Assembly (NCBI GenBank): GCA_045863395.1
Contig: BTVJ01000099.1
Span: forward strand, 1-24,944
DNA from: Myxococcales bacterium
GTDB lineage: Bacteria; Myxococcota_A; UBA9042; JABWCM01; BTVJ01
Length of the DNA: 24,944 nt
Direction of reading: 5' to 3'
Below, in pieces: positions 8,335 to 16,433 of this stretch. A program made the position numbers and the translations under genes. The notes beneath the pieces were generated by a model that saw only the letters and a program-made list of their open reading frames with translations, ran no database searches and was not told the origin of the DNA. Position 1 is the stretch's first letter. Each line of letters begins with the position of its first letter.

Positions 8335-11300
8335 GGGGTCACCTCCTTGGGGCGCCCCGCCCCGAACAGCGCGTAGAGCACCGGCAGCACCAGCAGCGTC
8401 GCCAGCGTCGAGGTCGCGATTCCGCCGATGACCACCGTGGCCAGCGGCCGCTGGATCTCGGCGCCGAGCCCCGTGCTCAACGCCATGGGCACGAAGCCGA
8501 GGGCGGCCACCAGACCGGTCATCAGCACGGGCCGGAGCCTCGTCTCGGCGGCCTCGCGAATGGCGTCGAGCTGCGTGTGCCCCGCAGCCAGCAACTGCCG
8601 CACCCGCGACACGAGCACCATGTCGCCGAGCACGGACACCCCGAACAGGGCGACGAACCCGACGGCCGCCGACACGGAGAAGGGCATCCCGCGCACCCAC
8701 AGCGCCAGGATGCCGCCCACCGCGGAGAAGGGCACGCCGGTGAACACCCGCAGCGCGTCCCGCAGGCGCCCATAGGTGATGGTCAGCAGGGCGAACACCA
8801 GCAGCACGGCGACCGGGACGACGACGAGCAGCCGCTTGCGTGCGCTCTCCAGGTGCTTGAGCTGTCCGCCGATGCGCCACCATGCGCCATCGGGCAGCTC
8901 GAGCCCCGCCAGCGCTCCTTCCAGCTCCGCGGCGAAGGAGCCGACGTCCCGCCCTCGCACGTTGGCCTGGACGACGACCCTCCGCTTGCCCCACTCCCGC
9001 TGGACCATGGACGGCCCCTCCACGAGTCGCACCTTCGCCACGTCGCCGAGGCGCACGCGGCTGCCGTCGGGCCCCGGTACGAGCAGCGCCTCGACCTGGT
9101 CCGGGTCCGCGCCGGCGCCCTCGATGCGCAGGGCGATGTCGGTGCGCCAGAGCGTCGTGGGCTCGGTGATCTGGCCCACCACCCGCTGCCCGAGGGCCTC
9201 CACCACCGAGAGAACGGCGTCCACCGAGAGGCCGAGGCGCCCGGCGGCCTCCCGGTCCACCTCCACGAGCAGGATGGACGCGCCCGTGAGCTGCTCGACG
9301 CTCACGTCCACGGCGCCAGGGATGCCCTCCAACATGCGCTCCACCTCGCCCGCCTTCTCACGGAGCAGGTCCAGGTCGTCGCCGAAGATCTTGACGCCGA
9401 TGTCCGACCGCAGCCCGGCGGCCATCTCGTTGAGGCGCATCTCGACCGGCTGCGTGAAGGTCGCGCGCATGCCCGGCAGCCCCTCCAGGGCCTCTGCCAT
9501 GCGCCGCTCCAGGCCCTCCTGGGTGGTCGCGGCCTTCCACTGCTCCCGCGGGGTCAGCGTCAGGAACACGTCGGAGACCTCGGGGCCCATGGGGTCCGTG
9601 GCGACCTCGGCGGTGCCGGTGCGCGTCCAGATGTGGGCGATCTCGTCGGGGAAGGTGTCGAGCAGCAGCCGCTCGATGCTCTCGCCGACCCGCACCGACT
9701 CGTCCAGGTGGATGCCCGCCCCCCGCACCGTGTTGATGACGATGGACTGCTCTCGCAGCCGCGGCACGAACTCGGTCCCGAGGCGCGGCGCCAGGAGCGC
9801 TGCCCCGGCGACCGCGGCGGCGGCGAGCACCAGGACCAGGGCGCGCCACCGCAGCGCACCGCCGAGGACCGGGCGATACAGGGCAAGAAGCGCCCGCGAC
9901 AAGAGCGTGCCCCGGTGCCCGGTGCGACCCCTCCGCAGCACGAGGCTCGCCAGGACCGGCATGAGGGTGAGCGACAGGATCATGGACCCGATGAGGGCGA
10001 AGATGACCGTCAGCGCCATGGGGCGGAACAGCTTGCCCTCGACGCCCTCCAGGGTGAGCACCGGCAGGTAGACGATCATGATGATCAGCTCGCCGAACAG
10101 GGTGGGGCGGCGCACCTCGACGGCCGCGTCCCGGACGATCTCACGGACGCTGCGCCCGCTCTTGTCCTCTGCAAGCCGTCGCTCGGCGTTCTCGACGAGG
10201 ATCACCGAGCTGTCCACGACCAGCCCGAAGTCGATGGCGCCGAGGCTCATCAGGGTGCCGGCGACGCCGAAGCGCACCATGGCGTCGAAGGCGAATAGCA
10301 GCGAGAGGGGGATCGCGAGGGTGACGATGAGCCCCGCGCGCAGATTGCCAAGGAGCGCGAAGAGGACGCCGATGACCAGCAGCGCGCCCTCGAGGAGGTT
10401 CGTGCGCACCGTGTGGAGCACGCGGTCCACGAGCGTCGTGCGGGCGTAGACGGGCGTGACCTTCACATCAGGGGGCAGGTTCTTCTTCACCTCCTCGAGG
10501 CGGGCGAGCAGCCCGTCCGTCACGACGTGGCTGCTCTCGCCGGTCAGCGCAAACCCGAGGCCCAGCACCACCTCGCCCGCTCCTTCCGCGGTGGTCGCGC
10601 CGCGCCGGAGGGCGTGGCCCGGCTCGACGCGCGCCACGTCACCGAGGAGCACGGGCGTGCCGTCCACTGCGGCGATGCCGATGGACTCCACGTCCGCAGC
10701 GGTGCGGGCGATGCCGTCGCCCTGCACCGTGACGCCCTCGCCGGCCAGGGGCAGGATCCCGCCGCCGACGGAGCGGTTGTTGCGCTCGATGGCGCCCGCG
10801 ACGTCGTCGATGGTCAGCCCCAGCGAGGCGAGGGCCTGGGGCTCCACCTCCACATGGAGCTGGGGCACCTGGCCGCCCCACGTGTTGACCTCCGCGACGC
10901 CGGGCACCTGCAGGAGCTGCGGGCGGATGATGCGCTCGTGGAGGGTCCGGAGCGCCGCCAGGTCGCGCTCGCGGCTGGTCACGAGGTACTGGAGTACCTC
11001 TCCTAGCCCCGTCACGACGGGACCGAGGGTGGGGCGCCCCACCGAGGGCGGAAGCTCCACCGCCGAGACACGCTCGGCGACCACCTGGCGGGCGCGCCAC
11101 AGGTCCTGGCCGTCGGCGAAGACCGCGACCACCTGGGAGTAGCCGCTGCGCGAGGCGGAGCGCACCTCTTCCAGCCCCGGGAGCCCCGCGAGGGCCTGCT
11201 CCACGGGCAGCGTGATCTGGCGCTCCACCTCCAGGGGGCCGAGCGCAGGCGCCTCGGTGTCGATGGCCACCTGCACGGGCGTGGTGTCGGGGAAGGCGTC

Positions 11301-11408
11301 GAGGGGCAGGCGGAGGAAGGCCCACACCCCCGCGACCGCCGACAGGGCCGTGGCGAGCAGCACCACGAGGCGGTGCTGGAGGCACACGTCGATGATGCGG
11401 GTCAGCAT
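8331..11408 (-). CDS. czcA: CzcA/CusA-family heavy-metal RND efflux permease
   Basis: 1025 aa; LPLDAFPDTTPVQV, PLEVERQITLPVE, MSLGAIDFGLVVDSSVILVEN (DFG motif of divalent-cation CzcA types), EGKLFRPMALT, RLRPVLMT, GAEIQRPLATVVIGG. Confidence 0.96.
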   Translation of the reverse strand: MLTRIIDVCLQHRLVVLLATALSAVAGVWAFLRLPLDAFPDTTPVQVAIDTEAPALGPLEVERQITLPVEQALAGLPGLEEVRSASRSGYSQVVAVFADGQDLWRARQVVAERVSAVELPPSVGRPTLGPVVTGLGEVLQYLVTSRERDLAALRTLHERIIRPQLLQVPGVAEVNTWGGQVPQLHVEVEPQALASLGLTIDDVAGAIERNNRSVGGGILPLAGEGVTVQGDGIARTAADVESIGIAAVDGTPVLLGDVARVEPGHALRRGATTAEGAGEVVLGLGFALTGESSHVVTDGLLARLEEVKKNLPPDVKVTPVYARTTLVDRVLHTVRTNLLEGALLVIGVLFALLGNLRAGLIVTLAIPLSLLFAFDAMVRFGVAGTLMSLGAIDFGLVVDSSVILVENAERRLAEDKSGRSVREIVRDAAVEVRRPTLFGELIIMIVYLPVLTLEGVEGKLFRPMALTVIFALIGSMILSLTLMPVLASLVLRRGRTGHRGTLLSRALLALYRPVLGGALRWRALVLVLAAAAVAGAALLAPRLGTEFVPRLREQSIVINTVRGAGIHLDESVRVGESIERLLLDTFPDEIAHIWTRTGTAEVATDPMGPEVSDVFLTLTPREQWKAATTQEGLERRMAEALEGLPGMRATFTQPVEMRLNEMAAGLRSDIGVKIFGDDLDLLREKAGEVERMLEGIPGAVDVSVEQLTGASILLVEVDREAAGRLGLSVDAVLSVVEALGQRVVGQITEPTTLWRTDIALRIEGAGADPDQVEALLVPGPDGSRVRLGDVAKVRLVEGPSMVQREWGKRRVVVQANVRGRDVGSFAAELEGALAGLELPDGAWWRIGGQLKHLESARKRLLVVVPVAVLLVFALLTITYGRLRDALRVFTGVPFSAVGGILALWVRGMPFSVSAAVGFVALFGVSVLGDMVLVSRVRQLLAAGHTQLDAIREAAETRLRPVLMTGLVAALGFVPMALSTGLGAEIQRPLATVVIGGIATSTLATLLVLPVLYALFGAGRPKEVTP

Positions 11409-11411
11409 GGG

Positions 11412-13184
11412 TCAGTCCCCGCAGCAGCCGGCGCCGATGCTGCCGGGCACGACCTCGGTGCGAAGGAGCCAGGCGCCGGCGGTGACCACCTCCTCGCCGG
11501 GAGCGACGCTGCCGGTGATCTGCACCAGGTCGTCAGAGCGCCGCACGGCGCGAACGACGCGGGGCTCGTAGACCTGCGGGGCCGTGCGCACGAACACGAG
11601 GGTGGAGTCCTCCACGCGCTGGATGGCGGAGCGGGGCACGGCGACGGCGCGGTCGGCCGGGGTGACGTGGATGCGGGCGCGGGCGAGCTGGCCGGCGCGC
11701 AGCCGCCCGTCGGGGTTGTCGAGGGTGGCGCGGGCGCGGACGGTGCGCGTGCGGAAGTCCACGGACGGTGCGACCTGCTCGATGCGCGCCTCCCACACGG
11801 AGCCGCCGATGGTCACGTGCATGTCGTGGCCGACGGCGACGGACGCGGCGTCAGTCTCCGGAACGTCGACGAGCACCCAGAGCGTCGCGGGGTCCACGAG
11901 GGTCGCCAGGATCGCTCCCCCCTGCACCACGGCGCCGCGGGTGGACGCGCGCTCGAGGACGACCCCACTCATGGGCGCCGTGACCACGACGTCTCCGGTC
12001 GCCGCTGGCCCCCCGGACACGGCGAGCGCCGCCTCGGTGGCGCGCTGGTCGGCCTGGGCCGCCGCCAGCTCGCGCTTGGCCTCCGCGACGTCTCGCGCCG
12101 AGGCGACCAGGTCTGCCTGGAGCTGCTTCTGGCGGGCGACCTCCGCGCGGGCCGCAGCGACGCGCTCCTTGGCGCCGGCGAGCCGGGCCCGCAGCTCACC
12201 GACCTCCGCGCTCGTGATCACGAACAGCGGGGCGCCCGCCTCCACGGGCTCGCCGGGCACGGCGTGGGTCTCCTTGACGACCCCCGAGACCGGCGCGCCG
12301 ACCTCGGCCATGCGGCGCTCGTCCCACGCGAGGCGGGCCACGGCGCGCACCGACGAGGCCAGCTCGGCCTCTCTGGCCGGCGTCACGGTGAGGCCTGCCG
12401 CGCGCTCGACTGCCTCGGAGCGCAGGCGCACCTCCAGCCCCGCGTAGAGGTTCTCGGCGTCTGGGGCTGGCTGAGGGTTGCAGATGGGGCACACCGACTC
12501 CGGGTAGCCGTGCTCCGGGCACCAGTCCCCCGAGGCCTTGTAGCCAGCGACCAGGTCGGCATTGCAGCGGGTGCACTTCGACTCGGGCAGCCCGTGCTCC
12601 CGGCACCAGTCAGCCGCCACCGGCGCGGCTCCAGGCGGCTCGGGGCGCGTCCGCGGGTTGCAGGTGGGGCAGGCAGACTCGGGGAAGCCGTGCTCCTCGC
12701 ACCAGTCGCCAGCCGCCTTGAACGTGGCGACGAGCTCGCGGTTGCACTTGGTGCACATGGACTCGGGGAGGCCGTGCCCCCCGCACCAGTCCGTGTGGCT
12801 GCCCGGGGGGCCGAATCCGTGCCCACCGCGCGCCGGCTCGGCGGCTGGGGGCGCCGGGCGCGTGCGCGGGTTGCAGGTGGGGCAGGCCGACTCGGGGAAG
12901 CCGTGCTCCTCACAATAGTCGCCGGCCGCTCTGAACTTCTCTACGAGGGCCTTGTTGCACTTCGTGCACATGGACTCGGGGATCGCGTGCCCACCACACC
13001 AGTCGGTGTAGCTGCCCGGGGGGCCGTAGCCATGCCCGCTGCTGGATGGAGGGCCCGCAGCGGGAGGGTTGCCCGGCGACGCGTGGCCGTGGGCGGCGTG
13101 CTCGTCGGCGGGTGCGGCGGGCGCCTCGCCGGACGCACGGCAGGCGGCGAGCGCCAGGGCGGCGCACAGAAGGATGGTTCGCAT
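11412..13184 (-). CDS. czcB: RND periplasmic adaptor (CzcB/CusB-like) lipoprotein with N-terminal Cys/His repeat extension
   Basis: Lipobox MRTILLCAALALAAC; adaptor core VGAPVSGVV, PGEPVEAGAPLF, APMSGVV, LWVLVDVPE, TRTVRARATLDNPDGRLRAG, VPRSAIQ, GEEVVTAGAWLL. Confidence 0.92.
   Translation of the reverse strand: MRTILLCAALALAACRASGEAPAAPADEHAAHGHASPGNPPAAGPPSSSGHGYGPPGSYTDWCGGHAIPESMCTKCNKALVEKFRAAGDYCEEHGFPESACPTCNPRTRPAPPAAEPARGGHGFGPPGSHTDWCGGHGLPESMCTKCNRELVATFKAAGDWCEEHGFPESACPTCNPRTRPEPPGAAPVAADWCREHGLPESKCTRCNADLVAGYKASGDWCPEHGYPESVCPICNPQPAPDAENLYAGLEVRLRSEAVERAAGLTVTPAREAELASSVRAVARLAWDERRMAEVGAPVSGVVKETHAVPGEPVEAGAPLFVITSAEVGELRARLAGAKERVAAARAEVARQKQLQADLVASARDVAEAKRELAAAQADQRATEAALAVSGGPAATGDVVVTAPMSGVVLERASTRGAVVQGGAILATLVDPATLWVLVDVPETDAASVAVGHDMHVTIGGSVWEARIEQVAPSVDFRTRTVRARATLDNPDGRLRAGQLARARIHVTPADRAVAVPRSAIQRVEDSTLVFVRTAPQVYEPRVVRAVRRSDDLVQITGSVAPGEEVVTAGAWLLRTEVVPGSIGAGCCGD
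12477..13004 (-). repeat. Six D-[WY]-C-x2-H-x2-PES-x-C-x2-C-N repeats arranged as three tandem pairs
   Basis: DWCGGHAIPESMCTKCN, DYCEEHGFPESACPTCN, DWCGGHGLPESMCTKCN, DWCEEHGFPESACPTCN, DWCREHGLPESKCTRCN, DWCPEHGYPESVCPICN; first two pairs show a DNA-level duplication with 213-bp period (GGGTTGCAGGTGGGGCAGG at 12655 and 12868). Confidence 0.95.
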
Positions 13185-13283
13185 GGTCTGCTCCAGAGGC
13201 TCCAGCCCGGGCAGCCTGCCGCGGGCCACGGATCGGTCCTGTGCCCGGTCCACGGCGCGTGGCGGGCGGAGTCGATCAGCGGA

Positions 13284-13649
13284 TCAGCAGGAGCGTGGTG
13301 GCCGGTCGATGCGCGCGCGGTCCCCGTCGGAGGGGGGGTCGTCCGGGGTTGCCTGGCCGCGGTTCACCGGCGCGGCCGTGACGGCCAGGGAGCCAGACGG
13401 CACCACGGCGACCAGAGCGTGGGGGCAGCAGTGGCAGTCGTCGCACCCGGGGGCGCAGGATGAGCCAGCGTGGTCGTCGGGGCAGTCGCGCTCACCGCAC
13501 GGCTCCTCGACCTCGCAGCAGTCGCCGCCGAGCACGGGCACACAGGCGTCCTGGCCCACGGCCAGTCCCCCGAGGGTGAGGCGCGAGACGGCGACGACCA
13601 GCAGCAGGAGCTGGAGACGAGCAAGCAGCGTTGAACGGAGCGTTCCCAC
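13284..13649 (-). CDS. Small Cys-rich exported leader protein with C-terminal RPPR (CzcI/DUF2946-like); start uncertain
   Basis: Hydrophobic N-terminus, CC..C..C..H..C...CDDCHCCPH cluster, C-terminus IDRPPRSC; lies about 100 nt upstream of the adaptor gene on the same strand; GTG at 13649 chosen. Confidence 0.7.
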   Translation of the reverse strand: MGTLRSTLLARLQLLLLVVAVSRLTLGGLAVGQDACVPVLGGDCCEVEEPCGERDCPDDHAGSSCAPGCDDCHCCPHALVAVVPSGSLAVTAAPVNRGQATPDDPPSDGDRARIDRPPRSC

Positions 13650-13723
13650 GCTCGGGACTGTAGCAGCGCGGTGCGGTCGGGTCAAGGGCGGCGGCCGGGA
13701 GGTGGAGCTCGCTGAGGGCGCCT

Positions 13724-14176
13724 CTACGGCTCGTCCTCGTCCTCGACGGGAGTGAAGCGCCCGATCCCCGCGGTGCTCTCCAGCTCCAGCACGCGGACCA
13801 CGCCGTCCCGGTCCTGGTAGAGCTCGAAGCGAGCGGCGACGGCGTCGTCCTTGCCCTGGTACAGGAACTCCACCATGTGGCGCCCGTCGCGCCCATAGGA
13901 GTCGAAGGGCTTGCCGAGCCGCCGCTCCAGCTCCGCGTCGGTGATCTCCTGGAAGCGGATGCCTCCGAGGACCCGGCGCGCGGCGGCCAGGACGCGGGAG
14001 TCGGCGTCCTTCTCCTGCTGGTCGTAGCGGCGCAGGGTGGCGTAGTCACCGGACGGGTCGTAGACGTCGGTCTCCCGCTGGTGCAGGGAGCGGCCGAAAG
14101 GGTCGGTCGGTGGGGGCGCCGCTGTCACGCAGCCGATGAGCATGGGCAGCGCCAGGGCTACGAGTATCCATCGCAT
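13724..14176 (-). CDS. Hypothetical lipoprotein
   Basis: AGGAGG RBS, MRWILVALALPMLIGC lipobox; ELERRLGKP..VEFLY weakly recalls SmpA/BamE-type folds. Confidence 0.75.
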   Translation of the reverse strand: MRWILVALALPMLIGCVTAAPPPTDPFGRSLHQRETDVYDPSGDYATLRRYDQQEKDADSRVLAAARRVLGGIRFQEITDAELERRLGKPFDSYGRDGRHMVEFLYQGKDDAVAARFELYQDRDGVVRVLELESTAGIGRFTPVEDEDEP

Positions 14177-14279
14177 CTGGGGGCACCTCCTGGCGAGGCG
14201 GGAGGATAGCAAGGGCAAGCGTCACGAGGCAACCGGGGGGACTCTGCCTGCCCCGATGAGGGCCTCGTCTTCCGGGGGC

Positions 14280-15314
14280 TCAGAAGAAGCACGAGAACGA
14301 CTGTGAAGAGCACTTCCCCTGCGTGGACTGCTGGGCGCACTGGCTCGTGCCCGCCTCGCCGCACTCGTCGATCATGCAGTCGAGGAGCTTCTTGGCCTTG
14401 CTGCCCTCGCTGGCCTTGCCCTGCTTCTGGCAGCCGATGATGCACTCTGCGGTGGTACAGGAAGGCAGGCAGTTGATCATGTCGCTGCAGTCTCCGCCCC
14501 CTTGGTAGAGGCCGCACTGGCTCGCCTCGTCGTGGCAGAGGAACGTGGCGGCCGCTGCGCACAGGGCCCCTTCGGTCTGGCAGGCCGCGTCCAGGCACTT
14601 CGTGTAGGAGACGAAGCGCTTGAACTCGTCCGCCGATGTGTTGGCCGCGCAGCCCTCCAGGCAGAGCTGGGGCAGGGGGCTCGCGATGCAGTCGAGCGAG
14701 CAGTCGACGGTCGTGGCGCAGGTGGCCGAGCCGCCGGTCCAGCAGGTGGCGACCTGGTCCAGGCACGCGCCCAGCATGCACGTCAGGTACTCCTCCCCTT
14801 GGAGCGGCTCGCACTTCTGCGCGGAGCATGCCTCGTAGTCGGCCAGGGCCTGCTTGGCCTCCCCGGTCGCCTTGCTGTCACAGGCCGTGTGGCACAGGGC
14901 GTCGCTCGGAGCGCAGCCGCTCGTGCACGAGATGATCTGGGAGCACTTCTCGAGCACCGCGGGGCCCGCGTCCGGCGCGCCTGCATCCACGGGGCCCGCG
15001 TCGTGCGGGGTCGCGGCGTCGCCGCCACTCCCGGCGTCCGTGCCCCAGCCCGCGGTGTCCCACACGGGGATGTCCGCGACGCCCGCCCCGGCATCGTCCC
15101 CACCGGCCCCGTCTGCACCGGCGGACCCACCGTCCTTGCCCCCGAAGGCGCTGCCGCTGTCCACGGTGTCGTTGCCGTACCCGACCTGCGTGTCGTCGGA
15201 CGGCACGAAGCCGCCGCCGGAGCCACAGCTCTCGCCGATGCAGACGGTGGTGCCACCGCCTTCGCTGTCGCAGGCGAAGAGCAGCGCGAGGGGAATCAAG
15301 GCGAGCCGTCTCAT
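14280..15314 (-). CDS. Cys-rich lipoprotein with acidic low-complexity linker
   Basis: GGAGG RBS, MRRLALIPLALLFAC lipobox; D/A/G-rich stalk followed by repeated C-x3-C helical modules. Confidence 0.85.
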   Translation of the reverse strand: MRRLALIPLALLFACDSEGGGTTVCIGESCGSGGGFVPSDDTQVGYGNDTVDSGSAFGGKDGGSAGADGAGGDDAGAGVADIPVWDTAGWGTDAGSGGDAATPHDAGPVDAGAPDAGPAVLEKCSQIISCTSGCAPSDALCHTACDSKATGEAKQALADYEACSAQKCEPLQGEEYLTCMLGACLDQVATCWTGGSATCATTVDCSLDCIASPLPQLCLEGCAANTSADEFKRFVSYTKCLDAACQTEGALCAAAATFLCHDEASQCGLYQGGGDCSDMINCLPSCTTAECIIGCQKQGKASEGSKAKKLLDCMIDECGEAGTSQCAQQSTQGKCSSQSFSCFF

Positions 15315-15564
15315 GGGGTCCTCCGGGTCGATGGGGCGCACGGCGACGCAGAGTGTCGCGCAGAACGGGCCGCGGCTCAAGCGGCACTTTGGTCGGCCCG
15401 GCGGTCGGGGACTCCGGCTCCCGCCGGGGTCCGGCTCCACGTGGTCACGAGACCCCGCCGCGCCCGCAGACAGAGCGCCCCGCCGGAACGTCTGCGGGGT
15501 TGCAGCGCCCTCGCGTGGCGCGCACTATTGGGGCCTCACTGGCGACCGCGCCGAGGAGCGCCCC

Positions 15565-16329
15565 ATGAGCGACTGGAGCCCGGACCAATACGAGCGCTTC
15601 CACGCGGAGCGGGCCGCGCCGTTCTTCGACCTCGTCTCGCTTCTGCGGGCGGTCCCCGCACCTCGCGTGGTCGATCTGGGCTGCGGCACGGGCGAGCTGA
15701 CCGCACACCTCCATCGCGCAACGGAGGCCCGGGAGACCCTGGGCCTCGACTCCTCGGCGGCGATGCTCGAGCGGGCGGATCTCGACGTCCCAGGGCTGCG
15801 CTTCGAGCGACGGGACATCGCAGCCTTCGAAGATCTCGCGTGCTGGGACATCGTCGCATCCAACGCGGCGCTCCAGTGGGTGCCCGACCACGCCACGCTC
15901 TTCTCGCGCCTCGCCCTCGCCCTGGCGCCCGGCGGCCAGCTCGCGGTCCAGGTGCCCGCCAACCACGACCACCCGTCGCACACCCTGGCCCATGATCTCT
16001 CGGGGGAGGAGCCCTTCCGCGGCGCCCTGTCCGAGCCGGTCCCCCACTCGCCGGTGCTGCCTCCGGAGGACTATGCCCTCCTGCTCCACGCGCTCGGGTT
16101 CTCGGAGCAGCACGTGCGCCTCCAGGTCTACACCCACCTGCTGCCCGGCCCCGAGGACGTGGTGGAGTGGGTGAGAGGCACCAAGCTCACCGCCTTCGAA
16201 AAGCGCCTGCCCGCCGCCCTCTGGCCAGCCTTCCTCGCGGCCTATCGCGAGCGCCTCCTCGATGTCCTGCCTCCGCAGCGACCCCACGTCTATCCGTTCA
16301 AGCGCATCCTCCTCTGGGGGCGGCGCTGA
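15565..16329 (+). CDS. tam: Trans-aconitate 2-methyltransferase (class I SAM methyltransferase)
   Basis: MSDWSPDQYERFHAERAAPFFDLV, VVDLGCGTG, GLDSSAAML, SNAALQWVPDH, PGGQLAVQVPAN, VVEWVRGT, YPFKRI; GAGGAG RBS. Confidence 0.9.
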   Translation: MSDWSPDQYERFHAERAAPFFDLVSLLRAVPAPRVVDLGCGTGELTAHLHRATEARETLGLDSSAAMLERADLDVPGLRFERRDIAAFEDLACWDIVASNAALQWVPDHATLFSRLALALAPGGQLAVQVPANHDHPSHTLAHDLSGEEPFRGALSEPVPHSPVLPPEDYALLLHALGFSEQHVRLQVYTHLLPGPEDVVEWVRGTKLTAFEKRLPAALWPAFLAAYRERLLDVLPPQRPHVYPFKRILLWGRR

Positions 16330-16433
16330 CCCGCTCGACGCCCGGTCCCGGGCAGCCCCCCGCTTGACGCCCCACGGCAGCGGCCAAACATGAAGATGCA
16401 CGCCGCGACCTGTCTGGCGCCGCAAGGAGCACC

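Noticed and set aside
12477..13004. Multiheme cytochrome c interpretation of the Cys/His repeats
   Set aside because: Motifs are CxxH and CxxCN, never CxxCH.
6655..13463. Long plus-strand ORFs (573, 544, 732, 696 aa) opposite the efflux operon
   Set aside because: Antisense shadows of well-supported czcC/czcA/czcB.
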